This document shows positions 39,045 to 48,659 of a stretch of DNA of 64,000 bases, piece after piece (positions within the stretch are counted from its first letter, which is position 1; the number at the start of each line of letters is the position of its first letter). The stretch comes from Alphaproteobacteria bacterium (GTDB lineage Bacteria > Pseudomonadota > Alphaproteobacteria > Bin95): NCBI GenBank assembly GCA_964291285.2, contig OZ219786.1:1-64000 (forward strand). The letters run 5' to 3'. The notes beneath the pieces are model-generated. The model saw only the letters and a program-made list of their open reading frames with translations. It searched no databases and was not told the DNA's origin. Both the position numbers and the translations under genes were made by a program.

Positions 39045-39697
39045 TGGGCCTCTTCGACCGGCTGAAGGCGGCGGCATCCGCGGACTGGCAGGCCTATATC
39101 GACCATCCCTTCGTGCGCGCCGTCGGCGACGGCAGCCTGCCGGAGGCCTGTTTCCGCCGCTATCTGGAGCAGGACTACCTTTTCCTGGTCCATTTCGCGC
39201 GCGCCTACGCGCTGGCGGCGTTCAAGGGCGAATCGCTCGCCGACATCCGTCACGGCGCGGAAACGGCGCTCGCCATCGCCGACACGGAAATGCGCCTCCA
39301 CGTCGCCTTCTGCAAGGGATGGGGGCTGGAGGAGGCCGACATGGCCGCCCTGCCGGAAGCGCCGGCGACCATGGCCTATACGCGCTATGTGCTGGAGCGC
39401 GGGCTCGCCGGCGACCTGCTCGACCTGCATGTCGCGCTTGCGCCCTGCATCGTGGGCTATGCGGAAATCGGCCGCGCCCTCTCCGGGTCCGCGCGGGGCA
39501 ATCCTTACGGGGCCTGGATCGAGATGTATGCCGGCCGCGAGTATCAGGAGACTGCGGCCGCGGCGATTGCCCATCTCGACGACCTGTTCGCCAGGCGCGG
39601 CGGGCCGGCGCGGCTGCCGGCGCTCGAGCGCATCTTCGGCGACGCGACGCGGCTCGAGATCGATTTCTGGCAGATGGGCCTGTCGCCGAACTCGTGA
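39044..39697 (+). CDS. tenA: Thiaminase II / TenA family protein
   Basis: HPFV; YL.QDYLFL; ALAPC..GY.EIG; Y..WI..Y; LE..FW. Confidence 0.9.
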   Translation: MGLFDRLKAAASADWQAYIDHPFVRAVGDGSLPEACFRRYLEQDYLFLVHFARAYALAAFKGESLADIRHGAETALAIADTEMRLHVAFCKGWGLEEADMAALPEAPATMAYTRYVLERGLAGDLLDLHVALAPCIVGYAEIGRALSGSARGNPYGAWIEMYAGREYQETAAAAIAHLDDLFARRGGPARLPALERIFGDATRLEIDFWQMGLSPNS

Positions 39698-39701
39698 CCG
39701 G

Positions 39702-40577
39702 CTAGGTATTGCGCAGCAGGTGGATAAGGGCGGAGGTGTCCCAGCGCCCGCCGCCTTCCTGCTGGACATGCTTGTAGAACTGGTCGATGGCGGCGGTCAT
39801 CGGCAGGCGCGCGCCGTTGCGCTCGGCCTCGGCAAGGCAGATGGCGAGATCCTTGCGCATCCAGTCCACGGCGAAGCCGAAGTCGAACTTGTCATCGACC
39901 ATGGTCTGGCCGCGATTGTCCATCTGCCAGGAGCCGGCCGCACCCTTGGAAATGACCTCCAGCACGAGCGGCATGTCGAGGCCCGCCTTGAGGCCCATAT
40001 TGAGCGCCTCGGACAGCCCCTGCAGCAGGCCGGCGATCGCGATCTGGTTCACCATCTTGGTGAGTTGCCCGTTGCCGGGCGCGCCCAGCAGCGTCACCGC
40101 GCGCCCGTAGCAGGTCATCGCCGGGCGGGCGCGCTCGAACGGCTCGCTGTCGCCGCCGCACATGACGGTGAGCACGCCGTTCTCCGCCCCGGCCTGGCCG
40201 CCGGAGACGGGCGCATCGATGCAGGCGACGCCGCGTTCCCTGCCTTCCGCGTAAAGCTCGCGCGCAAGGTCGGCGGAAGCGGTGGTGTGGTCCACATACA
40301 CCGAGCCGGGCCGGATGCCCGCGAAGATGCCGTCATCGCCGTAAACGACGCTGCGCACGTCATCGTCGTTGCCGACGCAGGAGAACACGATGTCCGCGCC
40401 TTCCGCCGCCTCGCGGGGCGTTGCGGCGGTGCTGCCTCCGTGCGCGGCGGACCAGTCTTCGGCCTTTTCGCGGGTGCGGTTGTAGACGGTGACCTTGTGG
40501 CCGGCGGCGGCGAGGTGCCCCGCCATCGGGAAACCCATGACGCCGAGGCCGACGAAGGCGAGCGAAGCAGTGTTCAT
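39702..40577 (-). CDS. NAD(P)-dependent beta-hydroxyacid dehydrogenase
   Basis: GLGVMG.PMA; DAPVSGG; GQLTKMVNQ. Confidence 0.92.
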   Translation of the reverse strand: MNTASLAFVGLGVMGFPMAGHLAAAGHKVTVYNRTREKAEDWSAAHGGSTAATPREAAEGADIVFSCVGNDDDVRSVVYGDDGIFAGIRPGSVYVDHTTASADLARELYAEGRERGVACIDAPVSGGQAGAENGVLTVMCGGDSEPFERARPAMTCYGRAVTLLGAPGNGQLTKMVNQIAIAGLLQGLSEALNMGLKAGLDMPLVLEVISKGAAGSWQMDNRGQTMVDDKFDFGFAVDWMRKDLAICLAEAERNGARLPMTAAIDQFYKHVQQEGGGRWDTSALIHLLRNT

Positions 40578-40611
40578 GGCAGTGAAGTCCGCATGTCGGG
40601 AAGCTGCGCCA

Positions 40612-41427
40612 TCATAGCGGGATGCGCCGTATGAGGTCAGTCTCGATCATGCGCCAGATGTCCCAGTCGGGCGCCACCAGCAGGCCCTGGCGCGGCCCGA
40701 GCGGCCTGTAGGGCGTGCCGTCGTGCATCGCCGCGGCGCCGCCCGCCTCCTCGTGCAGCAGGCAGCCCGCGGCATGGTCCCAGGGGTTGAGCCGCGTATA
40801 GAGGCCGAAATGCACCCGGCCCACCAGCCGGGCCAGATATTCCTGTCCGACGCAGCGCGCGTTGAAGCAGTGGCCGAGGCGCCCGCGCCCGCGCCCCCAG
40901 ATCTCGCGGTAGGCGTCGCTCGTCCGGAACCTGTAGCCGTAGATGGCGCCGTTCATGTCGCGGAGGTTGGCCGGGCGGGTCACCCTGAGCCTGCGTTCGC
41001 CCATGAAGGCGCCGCCGCCCCGTTCCGCGGCCGCAAGGCGCTCGGAGAAGGGGTCGTAGATCCACCCGGCGACCGTCTCGCCGCCGATGACGAGCGCCAC
41101 GATGGTGCAGAAGAGCGGATAGCCCGAGGCGAAATTGGCGGTGCCGTCCAGCGGGTCGACGACCCAGACGGGACGGTCTTCCGCCAGCAGGTCGAGAACG
41201 CCGGCATCGTCGGCTACGGCTTCTTCGCCGACCACCGCCGAGCCGGGCAGCAGGTCCGGCAGGCGCTTCGCGAATCGGGCCTCCATCGCCAGGTCGACGG
41301 CGGTGACGAAGTCATTGGGCGACTTCTCGCCGATGTCGCCGGGATCGAGGTCGACGAATTGCTGCAGCATTTCGGCTGCGGCGGTCTCGCGGATGACCGA
41401 CGCAACCCTGTCGAGGTCCACCTTCAC
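40612..41427 (-). CDS. Inositol monophosphatase family protein
   Basis: DFVT.VD; GEE; WVVDPLDGTANF; WDHAAG; GTG start overlapping the DUF502 stop. Confidence 0.92.
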   Translation of the reverse strand: MKVDLDRVASVIRETAAAEMLQQFVDLDPGDIGEKSPNDFVTAVDLAMEARFAKRLPDLLPGSAVVGEEAVADDAGVLDLLAEDRPVWVVDPLDGTANFASGYPLFCTIVALVIGGETVAGWIYDPFSERLAAAERGGGAFMGERRLRVTRPANLRDMNGAIYGYRFRTSDAYREIWGRGRGRLGHCFNARCVGQEYLARLVGRVHFGLYTRLNPWDHAAGCLLHEEAGGAAAMHDGTPYRPLGPRQGLLVAPDWDIWRMIETDLIRRIPL

Positions 41428-42149
41428 GTCGATTCGGCCGGAATCTTCGGGATGCTGCGCTCTTCCTCGGGGCGCCGGTCGGGCGGCGTCACGATGCCGC
41501 CGGAGACCACCATCTTGATGCCCTCCTCGACGGTCATGGAAAGCGGGGTCAGGTCCCGCCTCGGCACGAAGAGCAGGAAGCCCGAGGTCGGGTTGGGCGT
41601 CGTCGGCAGGAAGATGTTCACCAGTTCGTCTTCCGTCAGGTTCTGCACTTCGCCCTCGGTCACGCCCGAGACGAAGGCGAGGCACCAGAGGCCGCGCCGA
41701 GGATATTCCACCAGCACGACCTGCCGGAAGGCGGTCGATCTGTGCGCCAGAACGGTTTCGAAAATCTGCTTGAGCGCGCCATAGACCGTACGCACGACGG
41801 GCATGCGGTTCAACAGGCGCTCGCCGGCCCGGATCAGCGTCCGGCCCATCAGGCCCGCGGCCAGATAGCCGACCAGCGAAAGCGCGATGATGAAGATGAT
41901 GAGGCCGATGCCCGGTATCGAGAAGGGCAGATACTGCTCCGGGTTGTAGCCTTCCGGGATGATGGCCCGGATCCTGGCATCGAAGAACTGGATGATCTGC
42001 CAGGCCAGCCAGGCGGTGATGCCGATGGGAGCCGTGACCAGGACTCCCGCAAGCACATAGTTGCGGAAGCGCAGCGGCAGGCTGCGCCCGAAGCGGGCCG
42101 CCCGCATGCGCGTTCTCCTGCCCCGTCTGCGCTGGCCCTTACGCGCCAT
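41424..42149 (-). CDS. DUF502 domain membrane protein
   Basis: P.V...Y...KQI.ET; VLVEYPR.G; FLPTTPNPTSGFL. Confidence 0.93.
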   Translation of the reverse strand: MARKGQRRRGRRTRMRAARFGRSLPLRFRNYVLAGVLVTAPIGITAWLAWQIIQFFDARIRAIIPEGYNPEQYLPFSIPGIGLIIFIIALSLVGYLAAGLMGRTLIRAGERLLNRMPVVRTVYGALKQIFETVLAHRSTAFRQVVLVEYPRRGLWCLAFVSGVTEGEVQNLTEDELVNIFLPTTPNPTSGFLLFVPRRDLTPLSMTVEEGIKMVVSGGIVTPPDRRPEEERSIPKIPAEST

Positions 42150-43107
42150 CGGCGCTCCTTTCATCGACGGGGCGGCAGATGCGCCCCTTGCGGCCCGGTC
42201 CGGGGCCGGAATGGTTCGGCATGATCAGGATCGCTCCGTCGTAGGGCGTCGCGATTTCCCGGTCGCCGTCACGGGCGATGACCGTGCCGGCTCTCTCGAA
42301 CACCTCGCAGCCGACATAGGGTGCGGCGAACCGGAACCGGTCGGTCCGGGCGACGATGCCATCGGTCACCTCCAGCAGGCGCGGCCGGGGCGGCGCCTTG
42401 TCGGCGATATGGTGTTCGACATCGGCCAAGTCGAGGCTTCCGGCGGCCGCGATGAAACGCAGGACCGTATCGAGCGCATGCGTGGCCGTTGCCGACGCCC
42501 AGTGCTCGCCCGCTTCCACCAGCAGCGCGACCTGCGGGTTCGCCGGATCGTTGAAGGGCTTGTGCTCGATCATCCTGAGGCCTTCGACATGGCCCGGCCC
42601 GCAGACGACGGTTCCGGGATAACCCACCTCCAGGGCGAAGGCCCGCTCCTTCTCCAGGCCGTGGCAGAGCATGAGCGGCACGGATGCCGTGCTCATGGAA
42701 TGGACGTCCAGCAGGAAATCCGCCTGCTCGAAGACCGGCCTCAGCTCGCGGGCGCGGGCCAGCTCGACGCTCCGGCGCGGACCGTCCAGGACCTCGAGGG
42801 TCCACACCCGGTTGAAGTCCTCATCGACGAAGCGCGAGGCGCCGGGGTTCTTCGGGTCGAAGCGCTCGTACGCGGCGATGTTGGCGAAAGAGAGCGTCAG
42901 CACGCCCCGCCGCGGCCGGATGCCTTGCCTGAACAGGAAATCGAGCGCGATGGCCCCGCAGATCTCGTTGCCGTGCGTGATCGCATTGACGAGCACATGC
43001 GGGCCCGGAATGCCGCTGTCGAAGCGGTGCACATAGTCGATGCCCGTATTGCCGGCCCTGTAGGGAGCGATATCGGGGGCTTCGAGTTCCACGGTGAAGC
43101 TCGGCAT
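42139..43107 (-). CDS. Succinylglutamate desuccinylase/aspartoacylase (M14) family protein
   Basis: HGNEICG; RFVDEDFNR; LLDVHSM; EAGEHW. Confidence 0.88.
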   Translation of the reverse strand: MPSFTVELEAPDIAPYRAGNTGIDYVHRFDSGIPGPHVLVNAITHGNEICGAIALDFLFRQGIRPRRGVLTLSFANIAAYERFDPKNPGASRFVDEDFNRVWTLEVLDGPRRSVELARARELRPVFEQADFLLDVHSMSTASVPLMLCHGLEKERAFALEVGYPGTVVCGPGHVEGLRMIEHKPFNDPANPQVALLVEAGEHWASATATHALDTVLRFIAAAGSLDLADVEHHIADKAPPRPRLLEVTDGIVARTDRFRFAAPYVGCEVFERAGTVIARDGDREIATPYDGAILIMPNHSGPGPGRKGRICRPVDERSADGA

Positions 43108-43258
43108 CGGGCTTTCCTCGTCATCTGCGGCTGCGGCATCTAACCCGCATTTCCGACGAAGGTCACGGCCCGGCGGCCGGTCAGCAGCCGCACGACGTGG
43201 ATTCAACGGGGTTTTGAAGGGTCTCGTCGGATCGGGCCTCGGATCGGCCGCCTGGCGT

Positions 43259-43408
43259 CCCTCATCCTGAGTAGCGCCGGCCTTCGCTCTGCGAAGGCCG
43301 GCGCGTATCGAAGGACGGCTGCCGGCAGTACGGGACGGTCCTTCGATACGCGCCCCCTTCGGCAGGCTCAGGGCAGGCCGCTGGCGCGGTCGCCACTCAG
43401 GATGAGGG
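43259..43408. repeat. REP/RIME-like palindromic element
   Basis: Terminal inverted repeats CCCTCATCCTGAGT...ACTCAGGATGAGGG with inner GCGCGTATCGAAGGAC...GTCCTTCGATACGCGC. Confidence 0.8.
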
Positions 43409-43412
43409 AATC

Positions 43413-43497
43413 TCGTCGCCCCGGCCCCGCCTGCCCTCGCGAAGGCGGGGGCCGGCGCGGCGGTGGAGAAAGATGGCCGGAACGAGTCCGGCCATGA
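43413..43497. repeat. Second REP-like palindromic element
   Basis: CCGGCCCC...GGGGCCGG and ATGGCCGGA-acgag-TCCGGCCAT stems, resembling the alphaproteobacterial TCATGGCCGG...CCGGCCATC repeat. Confidence 0.6.
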
Positions 43498-43536
43498 TGG
43501 CATGGGGCCAATTTTTCTTTTTTGTTCTAAAATTGC

Positions 43537-43566
43537 TTGACATGAGAGAAAATAAGCCGATATAAG
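43537..43566 (+). promoter_or_regulatory. Strong sigma70-like promoter with an upstream T-rich tract
   Basis: TTGACA-N18-TATAAG. Confidence 0.65.
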
Positions 43567-43785
43567 ACCCGGAGAAGGGGCCTCCGGAGCCGCTTCTCCG
43601 GCGCCGCCATGGCCGGGCGGCGCCACCTTCGAAAAAATACCCGCAATACCGACGGGAGGGGTGCGTCCCGCGTCTCCCGCGCGCAATCAGGCGCGCGAAC
43701 CGCGCCGGCGCCGACGCGCAGGCCCGCCCGCGCACGATACGCGCGGCAAAGGGTCCGCCGCTCCCGGTCGGACAAGGAGACAGGA

Positions 43786-44364
43786 ATGACCGCAACCGAC
43801 CCCCGACCCGCACTGGCGGCGGCGCTCGCCGCAAAGCTCGCGCCCGCCGCCGAAGCCCTCGCCGCTGCCTATGCCGAAGACCTGAACCCGGAGCCCCCGC
43901 CCCCCGACGACCGCGCCCGCGCCGAATGCCACCGCGCCGCCCGCGCCCAGCTCGACCACCTGCACAAGCTCCTCGCCCTGCTCGACTGGGCCGGCGCCCA
44001 CTTGCCCGAACCGCCCGCCCCGGAACCCGAAGAGGAGCCGTGGGAGCCGCCGCCCCCGGAAGAGGACGATTACGACGGCAGCGAGGACGAGTTCCACTAT
44101 GGCGGCGAGGCTTATGTCGGCAGCCAGGAAACGCCCGAGTTCAGGGCGTGGCTGGAAGACCTCGAACGCCGCCTCGGGCCGGTCCCGCTGGACCAGAGCC
44201 ACCCCGATTGCCTGAACCGTTGCACCGTCAACGAGCGGATATTCGTCGGCAGGCTGATGACGCCCGAATTCAGGGCATGGGACGAACGCCAGCATCGCCG
44301 CGCGGAGGCCTCCATCGACTCGCTGATTGACAGCGCCGGAACCCCGGAACATGACAAAACATGA
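43786..44364 (+). CDS. Hypothetical acidic, proline-rich protein
   Basis: AAGGAG RBS; helical N-terminus; PEPEEEP..EEDD; TPEFRAW twice. Confidence 0.75.
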   Translation: MTATDPRPALAAALAAKLAPAAEALAAAYAEDLNPEPPPPDDRARAECHRAARAQLDHLHKLLALLDWAGAHLPEPPAPEPEEEPWEPPPPEEDDYDGSEDEFHYGGEAYVGSQETPEFRAWLEDLERRLGPVPLDQSHPDCLNRCTVNERIFVGRLMTPEFRAWDERQHRRAEASIDSLIDSAGTPEHDKT

Positions 44365-44376
44365 CACTTCATGACA
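44350..44376. repeat. Three CATGACA direct repeats at 10-bp period
   Basis: catgacaaaa-catgacactt-catgaca, spanning the stop codon of the upstream gene. Confidence 0.7.
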
Positions 44377-44501
44377 TCTCTCTGGAGTGGGCCCCTGGTC
44401 TCGGACACGCAATGCGCGGCGGGTCTTTCCCTGCTCGCCGGCCCGGCGGCGCTGTGCAGGCCATGACACCGGCGGGAGGTCCGGGCTACAGTCCCGGCGC
44501 G

Positions 44502-45875
44502 ATGACCGATATCTCCTCCGCCACCATCGCCGAACTGGGCCAGGCGCTTCGGGCCGGCCGGGTAACGGCCCGCGGCCTGCTGGAACAGGCGCTTGCCAAC
44601 CGCAGCGAGGCGCTGGGCGCCTACAAGCTCTGGATGCCGGACCATGCCGCCCGCGCGGCGGACCTTGCCGATGCCGCGTTCGCCCAGGGCCTCGATTTCG
44701 GGCCGCTGCAGGGCCTGCCGGTCTCGGTCAAGGACCTGTTCGGCCTCGCCGGCGCGCCCACCCATGCCGGCGCGCCGAAGCCGCTGCCGGCCTCCTGGGA
44801 GGCGGAAGGACCTGTCGTCGCGGCGGTCAGGAACGGGCTCGCCGTCGTCACCGGCAAGACGCACACGGTCGAATTCGCCTTCGGCGGCGTCGGCTCGAAC
44901 CCGCACTGGGGCACGCCGCGCAACCCGTGGGGCGGGGAGTCGCACCGCGTGCCGGGCGGCTCCAGCGCCGGCGCCGGGGTCTCCCTGCTGGAGGGCACGG
45001 CGGTGGTTGCGCTCGGCTCCGACACGGCGGGTTCGGTGCGCGTTCCGGCGAGCTTCACCGGCACGGTCGGCCTCAAGACCAGCTACGGACGCTGGTCGCT
45101 CCAGGGCATCGTGCCGCTCAGCCCGTCTCTCGACACCGCCGGGGTCCTGACCCGCTCGGTCGCGGACGCGGCTTTCGCCTTTGCGGCGATAGATCCGGTC
45201 TACCGGACGCCGCCGGGGCCGGCGGACCCGGCCCGCCTCAGGCTCGGCGTGATCGAGAGCCTGTTCGAGGATTGCGGTCCGGGCGTGGCGGAGACCGTGC
45301 GCGCCGCCCTTGCCGAACTGGAGGGTCGCGGCGTGACGGTGGAATCCTTCGACCTGCCGGAAATGGCCGACGCCAGGGCGGTCTTCGCGGAAGGCGGGCT
45401 GGCGGTGCCCGAGTTCGTCGCTTTCATCGAAAACGAACTGCCCGAATTCAAGGCGACGCTTGACCCGAATGTCCGCAGCCGCTTCGAGGCATTCGGGGCA
45501 TTGACCTCGACGGAATATCTGGGCCGCAAGATGCGCATTGCGCGCGCGGCCGCGGCGGCGAACGCCCGGCTCGCCGACATCGACGCAATCGTCGGGCCGA
45601 CGACGCCGATCACCGCCCCGCTCCTGCAGCATGCAGCCGAAGGGGAGGGCTACCGGACGCACAACATGGCGGCGCTCCGCAACACCATGCCGGGCAACCT
45701 CCTGGAGCTTTGCGGACTCACGATCCCGGCCGGCCTCGACGGCTCCGGCATGCCGGTCGGCCTGCAACTCCTGGCCCCGCGCGGCACGGACGAGCGGCTG
45801 ATCTCCATCGGCCTCGCCGTCGAGGGCATTATCGGCCCGGCCTCCCGCCGCCTGGGGACCCCTCCGGGCAAGTGA
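44502..45875 (+). CDS. Amidase (AS family)
   Basis: GLPVSVKDL; GKT...EFA; PGGSSAG; GSDTAGSVRVPA. Confidence 0.95.
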   Translation: MTDISSATIAELGQALRAGRVTARGLLEQALANRSEALGAYKLWMPDHAARAADLADAAFAQGLDFGPLQGLPVSVKDLFGLAGAPTHAGAPKPLPASWEAEGPVVAAVRNGLAVVTGKTHTVEFAFGGVGSNPHWGTPRNPWGGESHRVPGGSSAGAGVSLLEGTAVVALGSDTAGSVRVPASFTGTVGLKTSYGRWSLQGIVPLSPSLDTAGVLTRSVADAAFAFAAIDPVYRTPPGPADPARLRLGVIESLFEDCGPGVAETVRAALAELEGRGVTVESFDLPEMADARAVFAEGGLAVPEFVAFIENELPEFKATLDPNVRSRFEAFGALTSTEYLGRKMRIARAAAAANARLADIDAIVGPTTPITAPLLQHAAEGEGYRTHNMAALRNTMPGNLLELCGLTIPAGLDGSGMPVGLQLLAPRGTDERLISIGLAVEGIIGPASRRLGTPPGK

Positions 45876-45905
45876 ACCCGGCGCCCGTGAAAGGAAGCGC
45901 AATCC

Positions 45906-46688
45906 ATGGCCTATGAGCCCTTCAACCTCGCCGGCAAGGCGGCGCTGATTACCGGCGGCAACAGCGGCATCGGCCTCGGCTTCGCGGAAGCCATCGCCCA
46001 GGCCGGCGGCGATGTCTGCATCTGGGGCACGAACGAGGAGAAGAACGCCGTCGCGCTCGAGGTGCTGCGGCAATACGATGTGAAGTCCGTGGCCATGCGC
46101 TGCGACGTGTCCGACGAGGAGGAGGTCGCCGAACGCTTCGCGGAGACCGTGGCCGCGCTCGGCAAGGTGACGGCCTGCTTCGCCAATGCCGGCGTGTCGT
46201 CGGACCGCCGCGCGCTCAAAGGCGGCTTCTCGACCATGACGACGGCGGAGTGGCGCCGGGTGCTGGACGTCAATCTGGACGGCGTCTTCTTCACGCTCCG
46301 CGCGGCAGCGGGCCACATGGTCGAGCAGGGCATCGCCGGCTCGCTTGCGGCGACGTCGAGCCTTGCCGCCATCATGGGCCAGGCGCGCGGCGAGCATTAC
46401 GGCGCGGGCAAGGGCGCGCTGATCGCCATGATGCGCGCGCTCGCGGTCGAATACGGGCGCAACGGCATCCGCGCCAACAGCGTCCTGCCCGGCTGGATCG
46501 AAACGCCGATGACGGCGCCGGCCTTCAACTGGGACCGTTTCCGCGACGCCGTGCTGCCGCGCGTGCCGGTCGGCCGCTGGGGCGAGAAGGAGGATTTCGG
46601 CGGCATCGCCGTCTATCTCGTCTCCGACGCCAGCCGCTACCACTCGGGCGACACTTTCGTGATCGACGGGGCTTATTCGCTGTTTTGA
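45906..46688 (+). CDS. SDR family oxidoreductase
   Basis: TGGNSGIG; NAG; YGAGK. Confidence 0.93.
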   Translation: MAYEPFNLAGKAALITGGNSGIGLGFAEAIAQAGGDVCIWGTNEEKNAVALEVLRQYDVKSVAMRCDVSDEEEVAERFAETVAALGKVTACFANAGVSSDRRALKGGFSTMTTAEWRRVLDVNLDGVFFTLRAAAGHMVEQGIAGSLAATSSLAAIMGQARGEHYGAGKGALIAMMRALAVEYGRNGIRANSVLPGWIETPMTAPAFNWDRFRDAVLPRVPVGRWGEKEDFGGIAVYLVSDASRYHSGDTFVIDGAYSLF

Positions 46689-46704
46689 TAGGGGGTTGCA
46701 GAAG

Positions 46705-47481
46705 ATGTCTGAAGGACTGGTTGAAGCAAGCATCGACAGGCGCGGCGTGGGGCGCGTCGCCATCGACAATGAGCGCCGCCTGAACTGCCTGAGCGGCGCG
46801 ACGGCGCAGGCCTTCGCTGACGCGGTGAACGGATTCTCGGGGCGCAGCGACCTCCGGGCGGTGGTGGTGACGGGCAACGGCCCGAAGGCCTTCATGGGCG
46901 GGGCGGACCTGCGCGAACTCGGCGGCCTCGACCCCGTGTCCGGGCGCGCGTTCATCAGCCGCATCCACGCCATGTCGAAGGCGCTTCGGGACTGCCCGGT
47001 TCCGGTGATCGGGCGGATCAACGGCTATTGCCTCGGCGCCGGGCTGGAGGTAGCGGCGGCATGCGACATACGGGTGGCGTCGGACAATGCCGTGCTGGGC
47101 ATGCCGGAGGTCAGGGTCGGCCTCCCGTCCGTGGTGGAGGCCGCGCTCTTCCCGCAACTGATCGGGTGGGGCAGGGCGAAGCTGCTCTGCTACACGGGCG
47201 AGAACATCGATGCGGCGGAGGCGCTTTCCTGGGGGCTGGTCGAAAAGGTGGTGCCGGCCGGCGAACTCGACGATGCCGTGGAGCACTGGGTCGGACAGAT
47301 CCTGGAAGGCGGCCCGCGCGCCATCCGGCTCCAGAAGGAGCTGATCCGCGAATGGGAGGCGATGCCGGTGAACGACGCGATCCAGGCCGGCATCCGCAGC
47401 CTCGTGCGCGCCATGGAAACCGACGAACCGAAGCGCATGATCGCCGAAACACTGGAGCGCCTGGCGAATCGCAAGGGCTGA
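46705..47481 (+). CDS. Enoyl-CoA hydratase family protein
   Basis: AFMGGADL; NGYCLGAGLE; GMPEVRVG. Confidence 0.93.
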   Translation: MSEGLVEASIDRRGVGRVAIDNERRLNCLSGATAQAFADAVNGFSGRSDLRAVVVTGNGPKAFMGGADLRELGGLDPVSGRAFISRIHAMSKALRDCPVPVIGRINGYCLGAGLEVAAACDIRVASDNAVLGMPEVRVGLPSVVEAALFPQLIGWGRAKLLCYTGENIDAAEALSWGLVEKVVPAGELDDAVEHWVGQILEGGPRAIRLQKELIREWEAMPVNDAIQAGIRSLVRAMETDEPKRMIAETLERLANRKG

Positions 47482-47486
47482 ACGGG

Positions 47487-48587
47487 CTAGGCCGCGGCCT
47501 CCGCTTCCCGGACGATCCAGCCGCCGCCGAGCACCCGGTCGCCCTCGTAGAAGACGGCGGCCTGTCCGGCGGCGATTCCATATTCCGGCTCGTCCAGCAG
47601 GATTTCCACGCCCTCGGCCTGCGGATAGAGGGTTGCGGGCCGGGGTGTAGCGCTCGACCTGATACGGACCTCGGCCTTCTGCCCCTCCGCCGGCCCCGCT
47701 CCGTCTCCGAGCCAGTTGACCTCGCGGACCCGGAAGCGGCGGCGGCCGAGCGCTTCGCGGGGCCCGACCACGACCCGGTGGCGTTCCGGGTCCAGCGCCA
47801 GCACGTAGAGCCGCCCGCCGCCGGCGGCATTGCCGAGGTCCAGCCCGCGCCGCTGGCCGACGGTGAAATTGACGATGCCCTCATGCCGGCCGAGCACATT
47901 GCCGTCCCGGTCCACGATCTCGCCCGGCTCCAGCGCGCCGGGGCGCAGCCGCGCGACGATGTCGGCGTAGCGGCCGTCCGGCACGAAGCAGATGTCCTGG
48001 CTGTCCGGCTTCTCCGCCACGGGCAGAGCGAGCCGCGCCGCTTCCCGCCGAACGCGGTCCTTGGGCATGCCGCCCAGCGGGAAGCGCAGGAAATCGAGCT
48101 GCTCGCGGGTGGTCGCGAACAGGAAATAACTCTGGTCCTTGCCGCTGTCGGCGGCCCGGTGCAGTTCCGGGCCCGGCAGGCGCTGCACATAGTGGCCGGT
48201 GGCGAGCGCGTCCGCTTCGAGGTCCCTCGCCGTTGCCAGCAGGTCGCGGAACTTCACCGTCCGGTTGCACTGCACGCAGGGCAGCGGCGTCTCGCCGGCG
48301 AGATAGCTGTCGGCGAAGTCTTCCATGACGGCGGCCCGGAAGCGGCTCTCATAGTCCAGCACGTAATGCGGGATGCCGATCCGGTCGGCGACCGCGCGGG
48401 CGTCGTGGATGTCCTGGCCCGCGCAGCAGGCGCCCTTGCGCCCGGCGGCCGCGCCGTGGTCGTAAAGCTGCAGGGTGACGCCGACGACCTCGTAGCCCGC
48501 TTCGGCGAGCAGCGCCGCCGTGACGGAACTGTCCACGCCGCCGGACATGGCGACGACCACGCGCGAGGATGCAGGAAGATCGAGCAA
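47487..48587 (-). CDS. mnmA: tRNA 2-thiouridine(34) synthase
   Basis: AMSGGVDSS; PCVQCN; ATGHY; KDQSYFL; DSQDICF; GQAAVFY. Confidence 0.97.
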   Translation of the reverse strand: MLDLPASSRVVVAMSGGVDSSVTAALLAEAGYEVVGVTLQLYDHGAAAGRKGACCAGQDIHDARAVADRIGIPHYVLDYESRFRAAVMEDFADSYLAGETPLPCVQCNRTVKFRDLLATARDLEADALATGHYVQRLPGPELHRAADSGKDQSYFLFATTREQLDFLRFPLGGMPKDRVRREAARLALPVAEKPDSQDICFVPDGRYADIVARLRPGALEPGEIVDRDGNVLGRHEGIVNFTVGQRRGLDLGNAAGGGRLYVLALDPERHRVVVGPREALGRRRFRVREVNWLGDGAGPAEGQKAEVRIRSSATPRPATLYPQAEGVEILLDEPEYGIAAGQAAVFYEGDRVLGGGWIVREAEAAA

Positions 48588-48659
48588 GGAGGACGGTTCC
48601 TGTGGAGAGGTGCCCGGAAACTGGTTCAGTGCCCGCCCGGGGTCAACGGTCCGCCGCGT

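Noticed and set aside
43511-43540. Possible second LexA box
   Set aside because: Only one GTTC half-site; the spacing to TTTC or GCTT does not fit GTTC-N7-GTTC.
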